57,016 bases of DNA, from positions 1-57,016 of IMG/VR virus record IMGVR_UViG_3300033076_000232; one strand, 5' to 3'. The notes under the pieces are model-generated. The model had not been told where the DNA came from. It did not search any database and was given only the letters and a program-made list of their open reading frames with translations. This DNA is from a virus. Taxonomy: Duplodnaviria > Caudoviricetes. A program made the position numbers and the translations under genes. Shown here piece after piece: positions 47,195 to 56,072 of this stretch (the first letter of the stretch is position 1; each line of letters starts with the position of its first letter).

Positions 47195-48408
47195 GTGAAG
47201 GTACCTCCAGCAATGCCAACTGGGATTTTCATGCCTGTGCTGGTTAAGTCAACTGCCATGGCGCCACCGACAGCAATGTTAAAGTGGCCTGCTGCTGAAC
47301 GATAGACGCCTGTACTAGTCTCAGCAGCAAAATTAAGTGATGGCGTACCAACTGTGCCATCAACCAAACTAACCGTTGTGGCTCCAGCCTGTGTGGTGTT
47401 GGCATTTAAGAAGTTGGTGCCGTCGCAAATTAGCGTGGCCTGCTGCCCCGGTGGAATTGTTGCAGTGTAGCCTAACCCTGTCGTGACGGTTAAGCTATAG
47501 CCATTATCAACAGTTTGATTTGAAATAACGTACAAGTTAACAACAGGCGGAAACGTCACGGTCACATTGCTTACCAGTGTGCCCGTGTACGTTTGAATGT
47601 TGTTTGCAGCTTCGTTGTTAGTAAGTAAGTACGAACCGCCTGTTACAGCTTTTACCAACGCGGTAAAAACGAATGACGAGCTTACGCCGTAGCCAACGGT
47701 AACATACGCCGTGCCGGTACAAACAATGAATGCTGACTCGGTAGGGTTGAATGTCTTTGAGCTGTTGCCGTCAATCAACTCACCGCCTGAGCAGGAGATG
47801 GTGAATGAGCCTGTGCCGTTATTTTTAAATAGCGTAAACCAGTTATTGCCAAGTGTTGCTGCAGCTGGCAGTGTTGCAGTGCCTGTGCCGCTGCCCCACA
47901 CTTTAGCCTGCGCCCTATCTGCTGCTGCAAACGTAGAGCCTGAAGTAATCGCGGCCGATGGGTGGCTTTGGTTTAGTGTTGCCCCGCTTGCAACTAGTCC
48001 GTAGCCTGCAAGTGTTGCGGCATCAGCTGATGAAGTGCCAGTTCCAAATGCAATTACGCCCCAAGTGCCTTGCGCCGTTGCATTAGTTGTAATGTAGATA
48101 TACTTGGACTCACCTGCAGCCACTGAGACGATGGTATTCGTACCGGCGTAGTCTTTAACAGTGAATGTATTAGAGCCAATATTGCGAATTAACGCGTCAT
48201 TGCCAACCGAGGCCTGATTGGCTGGAGGCATATACAGGCTAAGGCTTCCAGAGGAAGCTGTCACCTGCATGATACGCGCTGCGTAATCAGTGTTGGTGGT
48301 GCTGTTGCTTGGCCAGTTTAACTGCTTGTTAGCCGAAAGCGTAATGGCTTGGTAGCTAACGTCGGTTGGCTGGATGACGTCGCCGGTGAATGGACTTACA
48401 TAGCTCAT
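47191..48408 (-). CDS. Tail/baseplate-associated structural protein
   Basis: T/S/G-rich beta protein; GT...PSL.F..ET.TGVY module; C-terminal GIAGGTF. Confidence 0.65.
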   Translation of the reverse strand: MSYVSPFTGDVIQPTDVSYQAITLSANKQLNWPSNSTTNTDYAARIMQVTASSGSLSLYMPPANQASVGNDALIRNIGSNTFTVKDYAGTNTIVSVAAGESKYIYITTNATAQGTWGVIAFGTGTSSADAATLAGYGLVASGATLNQSHPSAAITSGSTFAAADRAQAKVWGSGTGTATLPAAATLGNNWFTLFKNNGTGSFTISCSGGELIDGNSSKTFNPTESAFIVCTGTAYVTVGYGVSSSFVFTALVKAVTGGSYLLTNNEAANNIQTYTGTLVSNVTVTFPPVVNLYVISNQTVDNGYSLTVTTGLGYTATIPPGQQATLICDGTNFLNANTTQAGATTVSLVDGTVGTPSLNFAAETSTGVYRSAAGHFNIAVGGAMAVDLTSTGMKIPVGIAGGTFT

Positions 48409-49040
48409 GAATCCACCGCCACGGCTTGACGATCAGCAATGCGAAGCTTATCTTCAGCCATCAGCGTCTGCATGATCAACTCATAATTTTGTTGCCACAT
48501 TGGAATACGCTCATCATTCTTAAGGAATGGCATAGCCTGCAGGAGAGACCCGTAGAGCAAAGCTTGTGGCGCGTAAATAGTAAACCAATTGGTTTGATTT
48601 GATGAATCCAGAGGTTGAACTCGTTCATAGTAGAGGACCTCAAATGCGTAGGCGCTATCTGGTGTCGGTGCTACCAACCAATTGGAGTAATCGTAGTCGC
48701 AGTAATACAACGGCGTGCTTGTGTCCGCAGAGTCTGGCCAGTAATTGCGAAGGTACTCATACTTACGAAGCAGTACGGGCTGACGCTGGCCATCCACAGT
48801 AATGTTCATTGACACTGTCTTATGCCACCTCGCGGGCTTGGCAATAATGCCATTGCCAGATACCATAGTGCTTGTGTTGACCGTCAAGTTGCCTAAGAAC
48901 TTAATCTGGCTAGCAATGACTTGCTCGGCCAACATAATAAAGAGTGGGATCTTTGCCAAAGTGGAGGCGTCATTCCTCTCCAGATAGGACTGGATATTCT
49001 CCACCAAGGTGTCGTAGGTCATTACTGCGGCAGCTGTCAT
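48405..49040 (-). CDS. Head-tail adaptor (tail tubular A-like)
   Basis: MTY..L...IQSYLER, APTPD, TNW....P.ALLYGSL..A..FLK motifs. Confidence 0.7.
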   Translation of the reverse strand: MTAAAVMTYDTLVENIQSYLERNDASTLAKIPLFIMLAEQVIASQIKFLGNLTVNTSTMVSGNGIIAKPARWHKTVSMNITVDGQRQPVLLRKYEYLRNYWPDSADTSTPLYYCDYDYSNWLVAPTPDSAYAFEVLYYERVQPLDSSNQTNWFTIYAPQALLYGSLLQAMPFLKNDERIPMWQQNYELIMQTLMAEDKLRIADRQAVAVDS

Positions 49041-49042
49041 GC

Positions 49043-49213
49043 TTACTTACTCCGCTTCCTAGCCATTGCCATATTGTCAACCAAATTAGGATAAGGTCTA
49101 CCTGCTGCTTTAGCTCTTGCTTTTGCTGCCGACTTTTTCTGCGGCGAAAGAGGCTTAGGCTTGCCTAATGATTTTGGCCGTTGTTTTTCCCAAACAGGCT
49201 TACTTGTTGCCAT
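49043..49213 (-). CDS. 56-aa basic protein (not in the ORF track)
   Basis: MATSKPVWEKQRPK...AKARAKAAGRPYPNLVDNM; GAGGTG RBS. Confidence 0.7.
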   Translation of the reverse strand: MATSKPVWEKQRPKSLGKPKPLSPQKKSAAKARAKAAGRPYPNLVDNMAMARKRSK

Positions 49214-49242
49214 TTTAATCACCTCTCAAAAATAAAGACATA

Positions 49243-49686
49243 CTAATTTAGTAAAGCACTTTCTGCAATCCTGCGCTTAACCAACCCCGGCAAAACCTTG
49301 CCACCACCTTTGGTCCAAAGCATCAATTGCTCTTTGGCACCTTCCCAGTCCTGCGCGTTAATCTTACGTCTTAACGTGCTAGTCTGCAGTCTGCCAACAC
49401 CTAAATTGTAGCAAAAATCCACAATTGCATTTAGCTTATTCACGTCAGTTGCAAGAATCGGGCACTGCCGTAAAACCCCTACTAAATACGTATGCCGCAA
49501 TTCTGCCATTAACAATGCTCGAGCAGTAGGCTCATCCATTGGCTGATCTTGCAAAGTCACCTTGCGGCCATCAGCGTAATAAGTAGAACCATAACCAATT
49601 GTCGGGATTCCTGCAGGACAAAGATATGGCTTAGAACTAAAGCCTTCAAACCGGCGGCACAGTTCTGCGGCTAGTTCTAGGTTCAT
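49243..49686 (-). CDS. Endolysin, phage lysozyme (GH24)
   Basis: FEG....Y.CPAG..TIGYG, YNLG, LPGLVKRR..E; Cys occupies the usual Asp position. Confidence 0.9.
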   Translation of the reverse strand: MNLELAAELCRRFEGFSSKPYLCPAGIPTIGYGSTYYADGRKVTLQDQPMDEPTARALLMAELRHTYLVGVLRQCPILATDVNKLNAIVDFCYNLGVGRLQTSTLRRKINAQDWEGAKEQLMLWTKGGGKVLPGLVKRRIAESALLN

Positions 49687-50177
49687 AGGCCACGCTGCTT
49701 GAGGGTACGGTCGAGGAACCAGTAATTTATGGTGCCAGACACCAAAGCACAGAAGTCCACAGTCATCATGGTCTTGAACACAACTTCAGGTGAAGCGCCT
49801 GCACGGTGGGCCTGCCAAGCAAACCAGATGTGAATAAATGACCACAGCGCCATGATCCAGTAAGTTACAACAGGACGCACGGATGCAGACAGACTAGCCG
49901 CCCAACCACCCGCAGCTTTGACCATTTCAGCCTGCTGATTGATTGCGGCACTGAAGGCATCCATGACACCAACGTCAATAGCAGCATCCCGCTGAGCACC
50001 AATTTCAGCTAACTTCTGTTGTCCGCGAAGCGTCTCAAGCTCACATTGACGGCTGAACATTGCCATCTCATGCTCGCGCTCGTTCTTCTTGTCAAAGTAT
50101 TTCAGGACTTCAGGAGCAAGGCGGAACAGACCGCCAATCAAGCCACCGAATACGCCACCGCCAATTAGTTCAAACAT
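49683..50177 (-). CDS. Holin-like membrane protein
   Basis: SVRPVVTYW plus TM segments, WFLDR C-terminus; adjacent to the lysozyme. Confidence 0.6.
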   Translation of the reverse strand: MFELIGGGVFGGLIGGLFRLAPEVLKYFDKKNEREHEMAMFSRQCELETLRGQQKLAEIGAQRDAAIDVGVMDAFSAAINQQAEMVKAAGGWAASLSASVRPVVTYWIMALWSFIHIWFAWQAHRAGASPEVVFKTMMTVDFCALVSGTINYWFLDRTLKQRGL

Positions 50178-50643
50178 TGGATTCCTTAATCGTAAACATT
50201 AGGTTCTTGTGCGCTGGGTAGTTCACCAACACTTCACCCTCTGGGCACTTGTACTTGATATGTGCCAGCAACGTAGCAACACCGGGTGTCACTTGTGAAG
50301 TGGTGTCTAGTTTAAACTTGTACCCAAACTTATCCACTGTGTCGCTGGCTGGGCCTGAAAACGTGGCAATACTTGGCTTGGCTGGATGTACCACCAACTC
50401 AGAATCCCGTACTTCTAGTTTAAACGATGTGACTTCACAGTCATCCCGAATCTTCTGCCTAGCCACCACAGCCTTAAACTCACCGTTTGCGGGTGCGTCA
50501 GATATTTGGAAGTGTTCTGGTGCCCACTTGAGGATGTCTTTATGAAACACACCAAACTTATCGGCAAGTGTATAGCCACCACCAACCATCGCGGTTGAGG
50601 CAGTTATTGCGCCGATAATCTTGGTGTAATACTCAAGCTCCAT
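50170..50643 (-). CDS. Membrane-anchored protein in the lysis cassette
   Basis: ATG at 50643; N-terminal hydrophobic segment and two Cys in the soluble domain. Confidence 0.55.
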   Translation of the reverse strand: MELEYYTKIIGAITASTAMVGGGYTLADKFGVFHKDILKWAPEHFQISDAPANGEFKAVVARQKIRDDCEVTSFKLEVRDSELVVHPAKPSIATFSGPASDTVDKFGYKFKLDTTSQVTPGVATLLAHIKYKCPEGEVLVNYPAHKNLMFTIKESNV

Positions 50644-50644
50644 C

Positions 50645-50737
50645 TCATCCCCACACCCAAATAATTGTATATGTGCCCCACACAACAAAGGCGACGATAA
50701 GGGCTGCTGCAATAAGTGCTTCAGCCCAGTCTCGCAT
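50645..50737 (-). CDS. 30-aa TM peptide (not in the ORF track)
   Basis: MRDWAEALIAAALIVAFVVWGTYTIIWVWG exactly fills the gap. Confidence 0.5.
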   Translation of the reverse strand: MRDWAEALIAAALIVAFVVWGTYTIIWVWG

Positions 50738-50738
50738 G

Positions 50739-50933
50739 CTAGATACCTAAAACCTTTTTAACAAACTCGGCGGCCACGCCGGGTCCAAGCAATACAGTGG
50801 CAATAGTGATATATAGCAAGATCTCGATTTTTGCCATACGCTTTTTGCCACTATCTAATGACTCGTTAATGCGCTCGTATCGCTGAGCGCATACCGCTTC
50901 ATGCACTGACAATTTAGTCTCCACTGTTTCCAT
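50739..50933 (-). CDS. Small coiled-coil + TM protein
   Basis: HEAVCAQRY motif followed by a TM helix. Confidence 0.65.
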   Translation of the reverse strand: METVETKLSVHEAVCAQRYERINESLDSGKKRMAKIEILLYITIATVLLGPGVAAEFVKKVLGI

Positions 50934-51069
50934 CTTCAACCTTTGGTGCTTCAGGTGGTTTTGCGGCTTCTTGAATAGCTTGAATTAAACTGTACACCTC
51001 TTGGTAGGGGCGTGTGCCAAGGTAACCAAGAACTTGATTGACAGTTTCAATAGGTAGTTGTAGTTTCAT
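50914..51069 (-). CDS. 51-aa hypothetical protein (not in the ORF track)
   Basis: MKLQLPIETVNQVLGYLGTRPYQEV..LI; GAGGA RBS. Confidence 0.65.
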   Translation of the reverse strand: MKLQLPIETVNQVLGYLGTRPYQEVYSLIQAIQEAAKPPEAPKVEDGNSGD

Positions 51070-51081
51070 GCTAGTCCTCAA

Positions 51082-53169
51082 TTACGCAACGGCCAAGAAA
51101 ATATACTCTCCGCCATTTGCGTTTAATGCAATTGGTGCGGCGGCTGTGACTTTAAAACCAGTTGCGTCGGTGTCAACGTAGTTTGTCCCAGTAACCTCAG
51201 CATCTGTAAGATTTACTGCCAAGTATGGGTCATTGCCTGAGCTGATACCACGAGCAGAATCCCAGTAGTACCAATCGCCAACACTATCAAGTCGCTTAAT
51301 CATTACAAATCGAGCACCTGTTGTAAAGCCACAGTCAATAGTTTGTAGGGCGCCTGTGCCAACATAGTAGCCTACCTTAGAGACACCGGGTGCCGTCGCA
51401 AATAAAACTGCAATATAGGTTGATCCACTTGCGTTTACAGTATTCTGTGTTCCAACAGTAAATACTGATGAAGTTGGCGCAGTATTATTCCACCGTGTGC
51501 TACTAGTTGTGTAAGGGCTTGAGGTGTTAATGTCTAAATATCTAGTTGGGCCTGCTGACTCAGAATATACATTGTAGGTAGTTGATGTTGTAGTCCTTGG
51601 TGACACGATCATTAGTTGTGGGGCTACCGTCAGGTTGTGCGAGATAGCTTGGTTGCTTCCCGTACCTGTGTAGCAGACAACATCCATAAATGAAGCCGCT
51701 CTTCTAAATGCTTCCACAACATACGTTGTGCCAGAACCATTCCAAGCACTTCCAGATTCTGGTGTGTAGTAATAGTTCTGCAAAGGCCCAGTGAAACCGT
51801 AGTCTCCTGTTGGGTTTTGCGTTCCACCACTTGTCATGTTTAGGAAGTTGGTGTTACCCATTAGACGAGCACGTCCGGGGGAATACACCACAGAAGACCT
51901 GCTCTTTGTAAGCGCCCAATCCACAGGGAAACCTGCATTAAGCGCTGGCGTACCTGTTGTTGCCGCAGTGCCTGTGTATGTAATAGGCGCATATACGGTT
52001 GTACCTACAGTTGGAACCTGCATCGGGCCTCTACGAATGGCTATGTAGATGTAGGTGTTACCAGAGGCGTTGAAGTTTGCGGCAGATGTGTTTATTGAAA
52101 ACCCGGTTGACGTTGGGTATAAACCTGATGTGCTTGCATATGTTGATTCTTGATCAGTAGTATTTGGAATTAATGGATATCTTGTTTCCGATCCTGTTGC
52201 AGTTGGGAATCCACGCATAGTGTCGTACAGGAACCAGTTTGCAGTTCCACCACTTGCACGCTTAACCAAAACCCATTGAGGCTCATACCCTAGTGTGACT
52301 ACAGGGCCAGTAGCAGAACCATTACCCGTATACGACCCACAAGATACTATATTTTCAGTGCCAGTTGCGCCAAAGCCTCCTGCGTCATGGGCAAATAGAT
52401 ATGCGACATACGTCCCACCAGATTCGTTTACGGCTGTAGATGCGCTAACTTGAAATTCAGTTGAACTTACGGCAGGGAAATACGCATTTCCTGCTTCTGC
52501 TGCAGTTGTATTTAAAACTAAATTTCCTGCTGTACCGCCGCCACTTAAACTTCTGTGAAATACAGCCCAAGCACGAGTGGTATTTGTTTGCTTGACAAGA
52601 ATACAACCCGGAGATGACCCTAGATTATGAGGAATTACCTTATTTGCAAGCCCGTCTCCAGACCAAGTTACGATGTCAAAAAACTTTGGCTGTTCTCTGA
52701 ATGTCCAAGCAACGTAACGCTGACCGTTATTATTAACAGATATAGATGCTGTTGTTCCTAGCGTAAAACCATCAGTATTGAAGGACGTCAAACTTTGTGA
52801 TTGCGTTTGACTAGGGTCTGTAGTATTTGAAGCAAGGTACTGCAATGCACCTCGAGTTGTGTCAAATAAACAGTGTGCATTAGCGGCGCTACGAGATTTA
52901 ATCCAAACCAGACCACCTTTGCCAGACAAGTTAACACCATTTGTAATGGTCTGTGACGCGCCTGTACCACTGTACATATATGAACTAAACATGTACTCAA
53001 CATAAGCATTGGCTGGAATAGGGATTCCGAAGGTGGGCCACAGATTTTGTTTTCTCCAATAAGCTTGTTGCTCCAGCGTCCAGATGCCGGGGGCCGTTGA
53101 CTCCTCCGTATTGCCAGATGGCGTTACTGGTGTTTGCGAAATAATCCCGCCAGAGTATCTATCAGACAT
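51082..53169 (-). CDS. Tail-fibre/receptor-binding protein with repeated YTG.G modules
   Basis: Multiple YTGNG / GF.P..V.IK / YVAY.FA repeats. Confidence 0.7.
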   Translation of the reverse strand: MSDRYSGGIISQTPVTPSGNTEESTAPGIWTLEQQAYWRKQNLWPTFGIPIPANAYVEYMFSSYMYSGTGASQTITNGVNLSGKGGLVWIKSRSAANAHCLFDTTRGALQYLASNTTDPSQTQSQSLTSFNTDGFTLGTTASISVNNNGQRYVAWTFREQPKFFDIVTWSGDGLANKVIPHNLGSSPGCILVKQTNTTRAWAVFHRSLSGGGTAGNLVLNTTAAEAGNAYFPAVSSTEFQVSASTAVNESGGTYVAYLFAHDAGGFGATGTENIVSCGSYTGNGSATGPVVTLGYEPQWVLVKRASGGTANWFLYDTMRGFPTATGSETRYPLIPNTTDQESTYASTSGLYPTSTGFSINTSAANFNASGNTYIYIAIRRGPMQVPTVGTTVYAPITYTGTAATTGTPALNAGFPVDWALTKSRSSVVYSPGRARLMGNTNFLNMTSGGTQNPTGDYGFTGPLQNYYYTPESGSAWNGSGTTYVVEAFRRAASFMDVVCYTGTGSNQAISHNLTVAPQLMIVSPRTTTSTTYNVYSESAGPTRYLDINTSSPYTTSSTRWNNTAPTSSVFTVGTQNTVNASGSTYIAVLFATAPGVSKVGYYVGTGALQTIDCGFTTGARFVMIKRLDSVGDWYYWDSARGISSGNDPYLAVNLTDAEVTGTNYVDTDATGFKVTAAAPIALNANGGEYIFLAVA

Positions 53170-53467
53170 TTGTCACCTCATAGTCATTGCTAACACCACC
53201 AAACTTTTTGATGATGTTGAAGATTCTCGTATTGTCTTCTAAAGCCATTATTTCATGTGGCTCATTGGGTCTGAAATCAATGATCTGCCCAGCCAAGACT
53301 TCTTTCTCCCAATCATGCGAGTACGCCTTGACTTTACCCCTTGCCACTATGGTGATGTGTACGTCATTTTCTGTGTGGTTGTGTTTTGGCAGGACATCGC
53401 CTGCAAACTCAAAGTCATACATCGTTCCACGAAGATCACCAGTTTCGATGGGATTAGCCAATAACAT
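53162..53467 (-). CDS. Cupin-fold protein
   Basis: PKHNH..DVH...G and PNEPHEI.ALED cupin motifs. Confidence 0.75.
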   Translation of the reverse strand: MLLANPIETGDLRGTMYDFEFAGDVLPKHNHTENDVHITIVARGKVKAYSHDWEKEVLAGQIIDFRPNEPHEIMALEDNTRIFNIIKKFGGVSNDYEVTNV

Positions 53468-53948
53468 TAGGCGCACTCCCTGAAGCCGTGACATCCATTA
53501 AAGAGCCACTTCTACTAATTCTTGGTGGAACAGGCATTGGCAAGTTGATGGGGTCATTTGCAAGCCAAGCATCTAATCCACTTAAAAATTCGTTTACAGC
53601 TTGCGTTGCAGTTGCATCAGCGACTTTTAAGATTTCCTGCGCTTGCGTTTTGTACATTTCAACAGTGGAACGGGCGTTTTTCATTAGAAAAGCCGTTTGC
53701 TCCATCCGCTCTTCTTCGTTCATTTCGCGAAGAGTCCAAACGTCTTTAACAACGTCACCAACCCAAGCGTAAGAAACTTCATAAACCTGATAAATACCAG
53801 CATCTTCAGGATGTGGAACTCTAACGAATCGAGCAAATTCAGGAGGCAGATTGTTTGTGTCTACATCAGGGAATGCTTCACGAAAGTTGTCAGCAAAAAT
53901 AGGATGTTCAAATGGTTGACCATCTACAATACGTATATAGAGTTCCAT
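53454..53948 (-). CDS. Tail-fibre-associated / assembly protein
   Basis: LYI.I.DGQP.EHPI..DNF..AFP motif between fibre genes. Confidence 0.55.
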   Translation of the reverse strand: MELYIRIVDGQPFEHPIFADNFREAFPDVDTNNLPPEFARFVRVPHPEDAGIYQVYEVSYAWVGDVVKDVWTLREMNEEERMEQTAFLMKNARSTVEMYKTQAQEILKVADATATQAVNEFLSGLDAWLANDPINLPMPVPPRISRSGSLMDVTASGSAPNVIG

Positions 53949-55180
53949 TACAAGTTACCTGTGTTTGTTGATGGGAAGGCTCTAGTTATTCCTGTACCGC
54001 CAGCCCAAATGATGCGCACAGCGCCTGCTGAACCACCACCGTTTTTACCTTTGTTGAAGTCTGGTGTGTTACCACCGCCACCGCCACCGCCTGCACCGCC
54101 ACCAGCGCCTCCATTGGCAGGAGAATTATCTACAGCGCTACCGCCACCGCCACCATAGTCACCACTAGAGCCGGGGCCACCACCCCCACCCTGTGAAGCA
54201 CCAGCCGCGCCGTTAGAGCCTTGTCCCAACATTCCTACGCCACCGCCGCCACCAGCGGCTCCCCAAATAAAGCTACAGCAACCCAAGTAAATTCCGTAAT
54301 TTGAACCACCACCACCACCACCACCACCAGCGCCAGCAGTTGGGGTACTACCGCCATTTCCACCATTACCCGCGTAACCGCCTGCGCCGCCACCAGCGCC
54401 ACCGTTAGAAGAGGCACCGCCGTTACCACCACCAATGTTTCCGCCTATAGCGATACCTGTTCCGCCAGTAGCATCTTGACCGCCTTGCGCCCAAACAACA
54501 CTAGTACTGTCAAACAGCGAATTTCCTCCAGTATTACCCGAGGATGGACGGTTACCGACCGTAACGGTGTAAGAGGTGCCGGGCGTCACGGTGATGTTGT
54601 TTCTGTAGCGCAGACCACCACCCGCACCACCCGTAGTATTTGGATTTGTAATTGGATTACCCGCCCCTGCGCCAACGCACACAACAGAAACAGAAGTAAC
54701 TCCAGTAGGGGCAACCCACGAGAATGTACCTGCGGTTGTGTAATACGCTTGTCCTGCTGGCGTTACAGCAGTAACACTGTTACTTGCAGAGCTTGGCGAG
54801 CTAGTACCAACGGAATTGGTTGCTGTTACAGTAAATGTGTAAGACGTTCCAGCCGTTAAGCCAGATACTGTGACTGGGGATGAAGATGCTGTGCCCGTAA
54901 TGCCCCCGGGGCTCGACGTCGCCGTATACGTAATTGCCCCACCACCGCCCAAACTAGATGAAGGTGTGAAAGCCACACTTGCAGTCGTTCCGTTGATTGT
55001 GGCAGTGCCAATGGTCGGGACTCCGGGGATCGTCGCCTGCGCAGGCCACGCACTAGCGGCTATCGCCTGAAGCGCTTGCGTGGTCGTCCAAATACCGGGA
55101 GCCGAACCTTGGTTAACGGTATTGGCAACTGTTGTTGGTGCGGTAGCGGAAATTACACCGCCTTTGTAGCGATTGGACAT
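53948..55180 (-). CDS. Fibronectin type III + glycine-rich tail protein
   Basis: FN3 (VSGLTAGTSYTFTVTATNSVG) followed by a Gly-rich domain ending GAVRIIW. Confidence 0.8.
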   Translation of the reverse strand: MSNRYKGGVISATAPTTVANTVNQGSAPGIWTTTQALQAIAASAWPAQATIPGVPTIGTATINGTTASVAFTPSSSLGGGGAITYTATSSPGGITGTASSSPVTVSGLTAGTSYTFTVTATNSVGTSSPSSASNSVTAVTPAGQAYYTTAGTFSWVAPTGVTSVSVVCVGAGAGNPITNPNTTGGAGGGLRYRNNITVTPGTSYTVTVGNRPSSGNTGGNSLFDSTSVVWAQGGQDATGGTGIAIGGNIGGGNGGASSNGGAGGGAGGYAGNGGNGGSTPTAGAGGGGGGGGSNYGIYLGCCSFIWGAAGGGGGVGMLGQGSNGAAGASQGGGGGPGSSGDYGGGGGSAVDNSPANGGAGGGAGGGGGGGNTPDFNKGKNGGGSAGAVRIIWAGGTGITRAFPSTNTGNL

Positions 55181-55192
55181 CTTCGCCCCTTA

Positions 55193-55588
55193 TCAAGAAG
55201 AGATGTCTTCGTAGCTGATACTAAAGGTGAGTGAGCTTCCTGTGCCAGACGTGATTGCAATTGACGTGCCTTCTTGCAAGTAGATCGCAGTTGTCTTGTC
55301 TACGGCAATCAGCGAGGCGTTGCCCGGCACCGAGACAGCCGAAACAATTGGGTATGCAGTGCCGCCAGCAGGCGCAGAACCTTGCGCCACAGCGCCATTA
55401 GTGTAAATTGACACCGTAGCATTTGCCGCTGTAGCCGTCACATTAGCCACAACAATTTGATTGATCTTGTAGACCTTGCTAGATGATGCGGCGTTAGGCA
55501 ACAAAACTACAGAAGATGTGCCAGTTGGGGTGTAATAAGTCGTCGTGCCGTAAATGGTCGTTACGTTGACGATATTTGGATTTGCCAT
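55193..55588 (-). CDS. Small tail-fibre adaptor-type structural protein
   Basis: MANPNIVNVTTIYG...ISYEDIS; GAG RBS. Confidence 0.7.
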   Translation of the reverse strand: MANPNIVNVTTIYGTTTYYTPTGTSSVVLLPNAASSSKVYKINQIVVANVTATAANATVSIYTNGAVAQGSAPAGGTAYPIVSAVSVPGNASLIAVDKTTAIYLQEGTSIAITSGTGSSLTFSISYEDISS

Positions 55589-55598
55589 TTATAGCTCC

Positions 55599-56072
55599 TT
55601 AGAAACCGAAGATCATCGCCATTGCGATGGATTTGCCTGTTGTAATGCCAGATGACGTACTAGCAATCGTAATTGAGCCAGCACTGTTTGTGATGCTGAT
55701 ATTTGATCCTGCTGTTAGCGTTGCTTTTGTTAATGTGTTGCCAGTAGAGTTACCAATCAACAACTGTCCGTCGGTATAGGAGGTTTGACCTGTACCACCA
55801 TTTGCCACACTCAACGTGCCTGCAACAGTAACAGCACCAGATGTTGCAGTGCTTGGCGTTAAACCTGTAGAGCCAAATGAAACAGAGCTTACGCCACCTG
55901 TTGATGCATTAGAAGCAAGCAAAGTTACTACGCCTGAGCTGTTCTTTGCATACAACTTCATGTCAGCAATATTGAGAGCAAGCTCGCCATCAGCAAGGTT
56001 GCCAGCAGTCGGAACAGCAGAAGCTGTGTTGCTGTAGTACAGCGAAATTGGGGTGTAGCCTGAAGCCGCCAT
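55599..56072 (-). CDS. Tail-fibre module protein (GELALN..D.KLY motif)
   Basis: L..GELALNIAD.KLY; VANGGTG; C-terminal GKSIAMAMIFG. Confidence 0.7.
   Translation of the reverse strand: MAASGYTPISLYYSNTASAVPTAGNLADGELALNIADMKLYAKNSSGVVTLLASNASTGGVSSVSFGSTGLTPSTATSGAVTVAGTLSVANGGTGQTSYTDGQLLIGNSTGNTLTKATLTAGSNISITNSAGSITIASTSSGITTGKSIAMAMIFGF

Larger units (their letters stand above)
1..56058. mobile_element. Complete or near-complete tailed dsDNA bacteriophage genome (podovirus-like, apparently lytic)
   Basis: Terminase, portal, major capsid, tail, lysozyme, DNA polymerase and primase genes are present; the ends overlap; no host housekeeping genes or integrase are seen. Confidence 0.95.
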
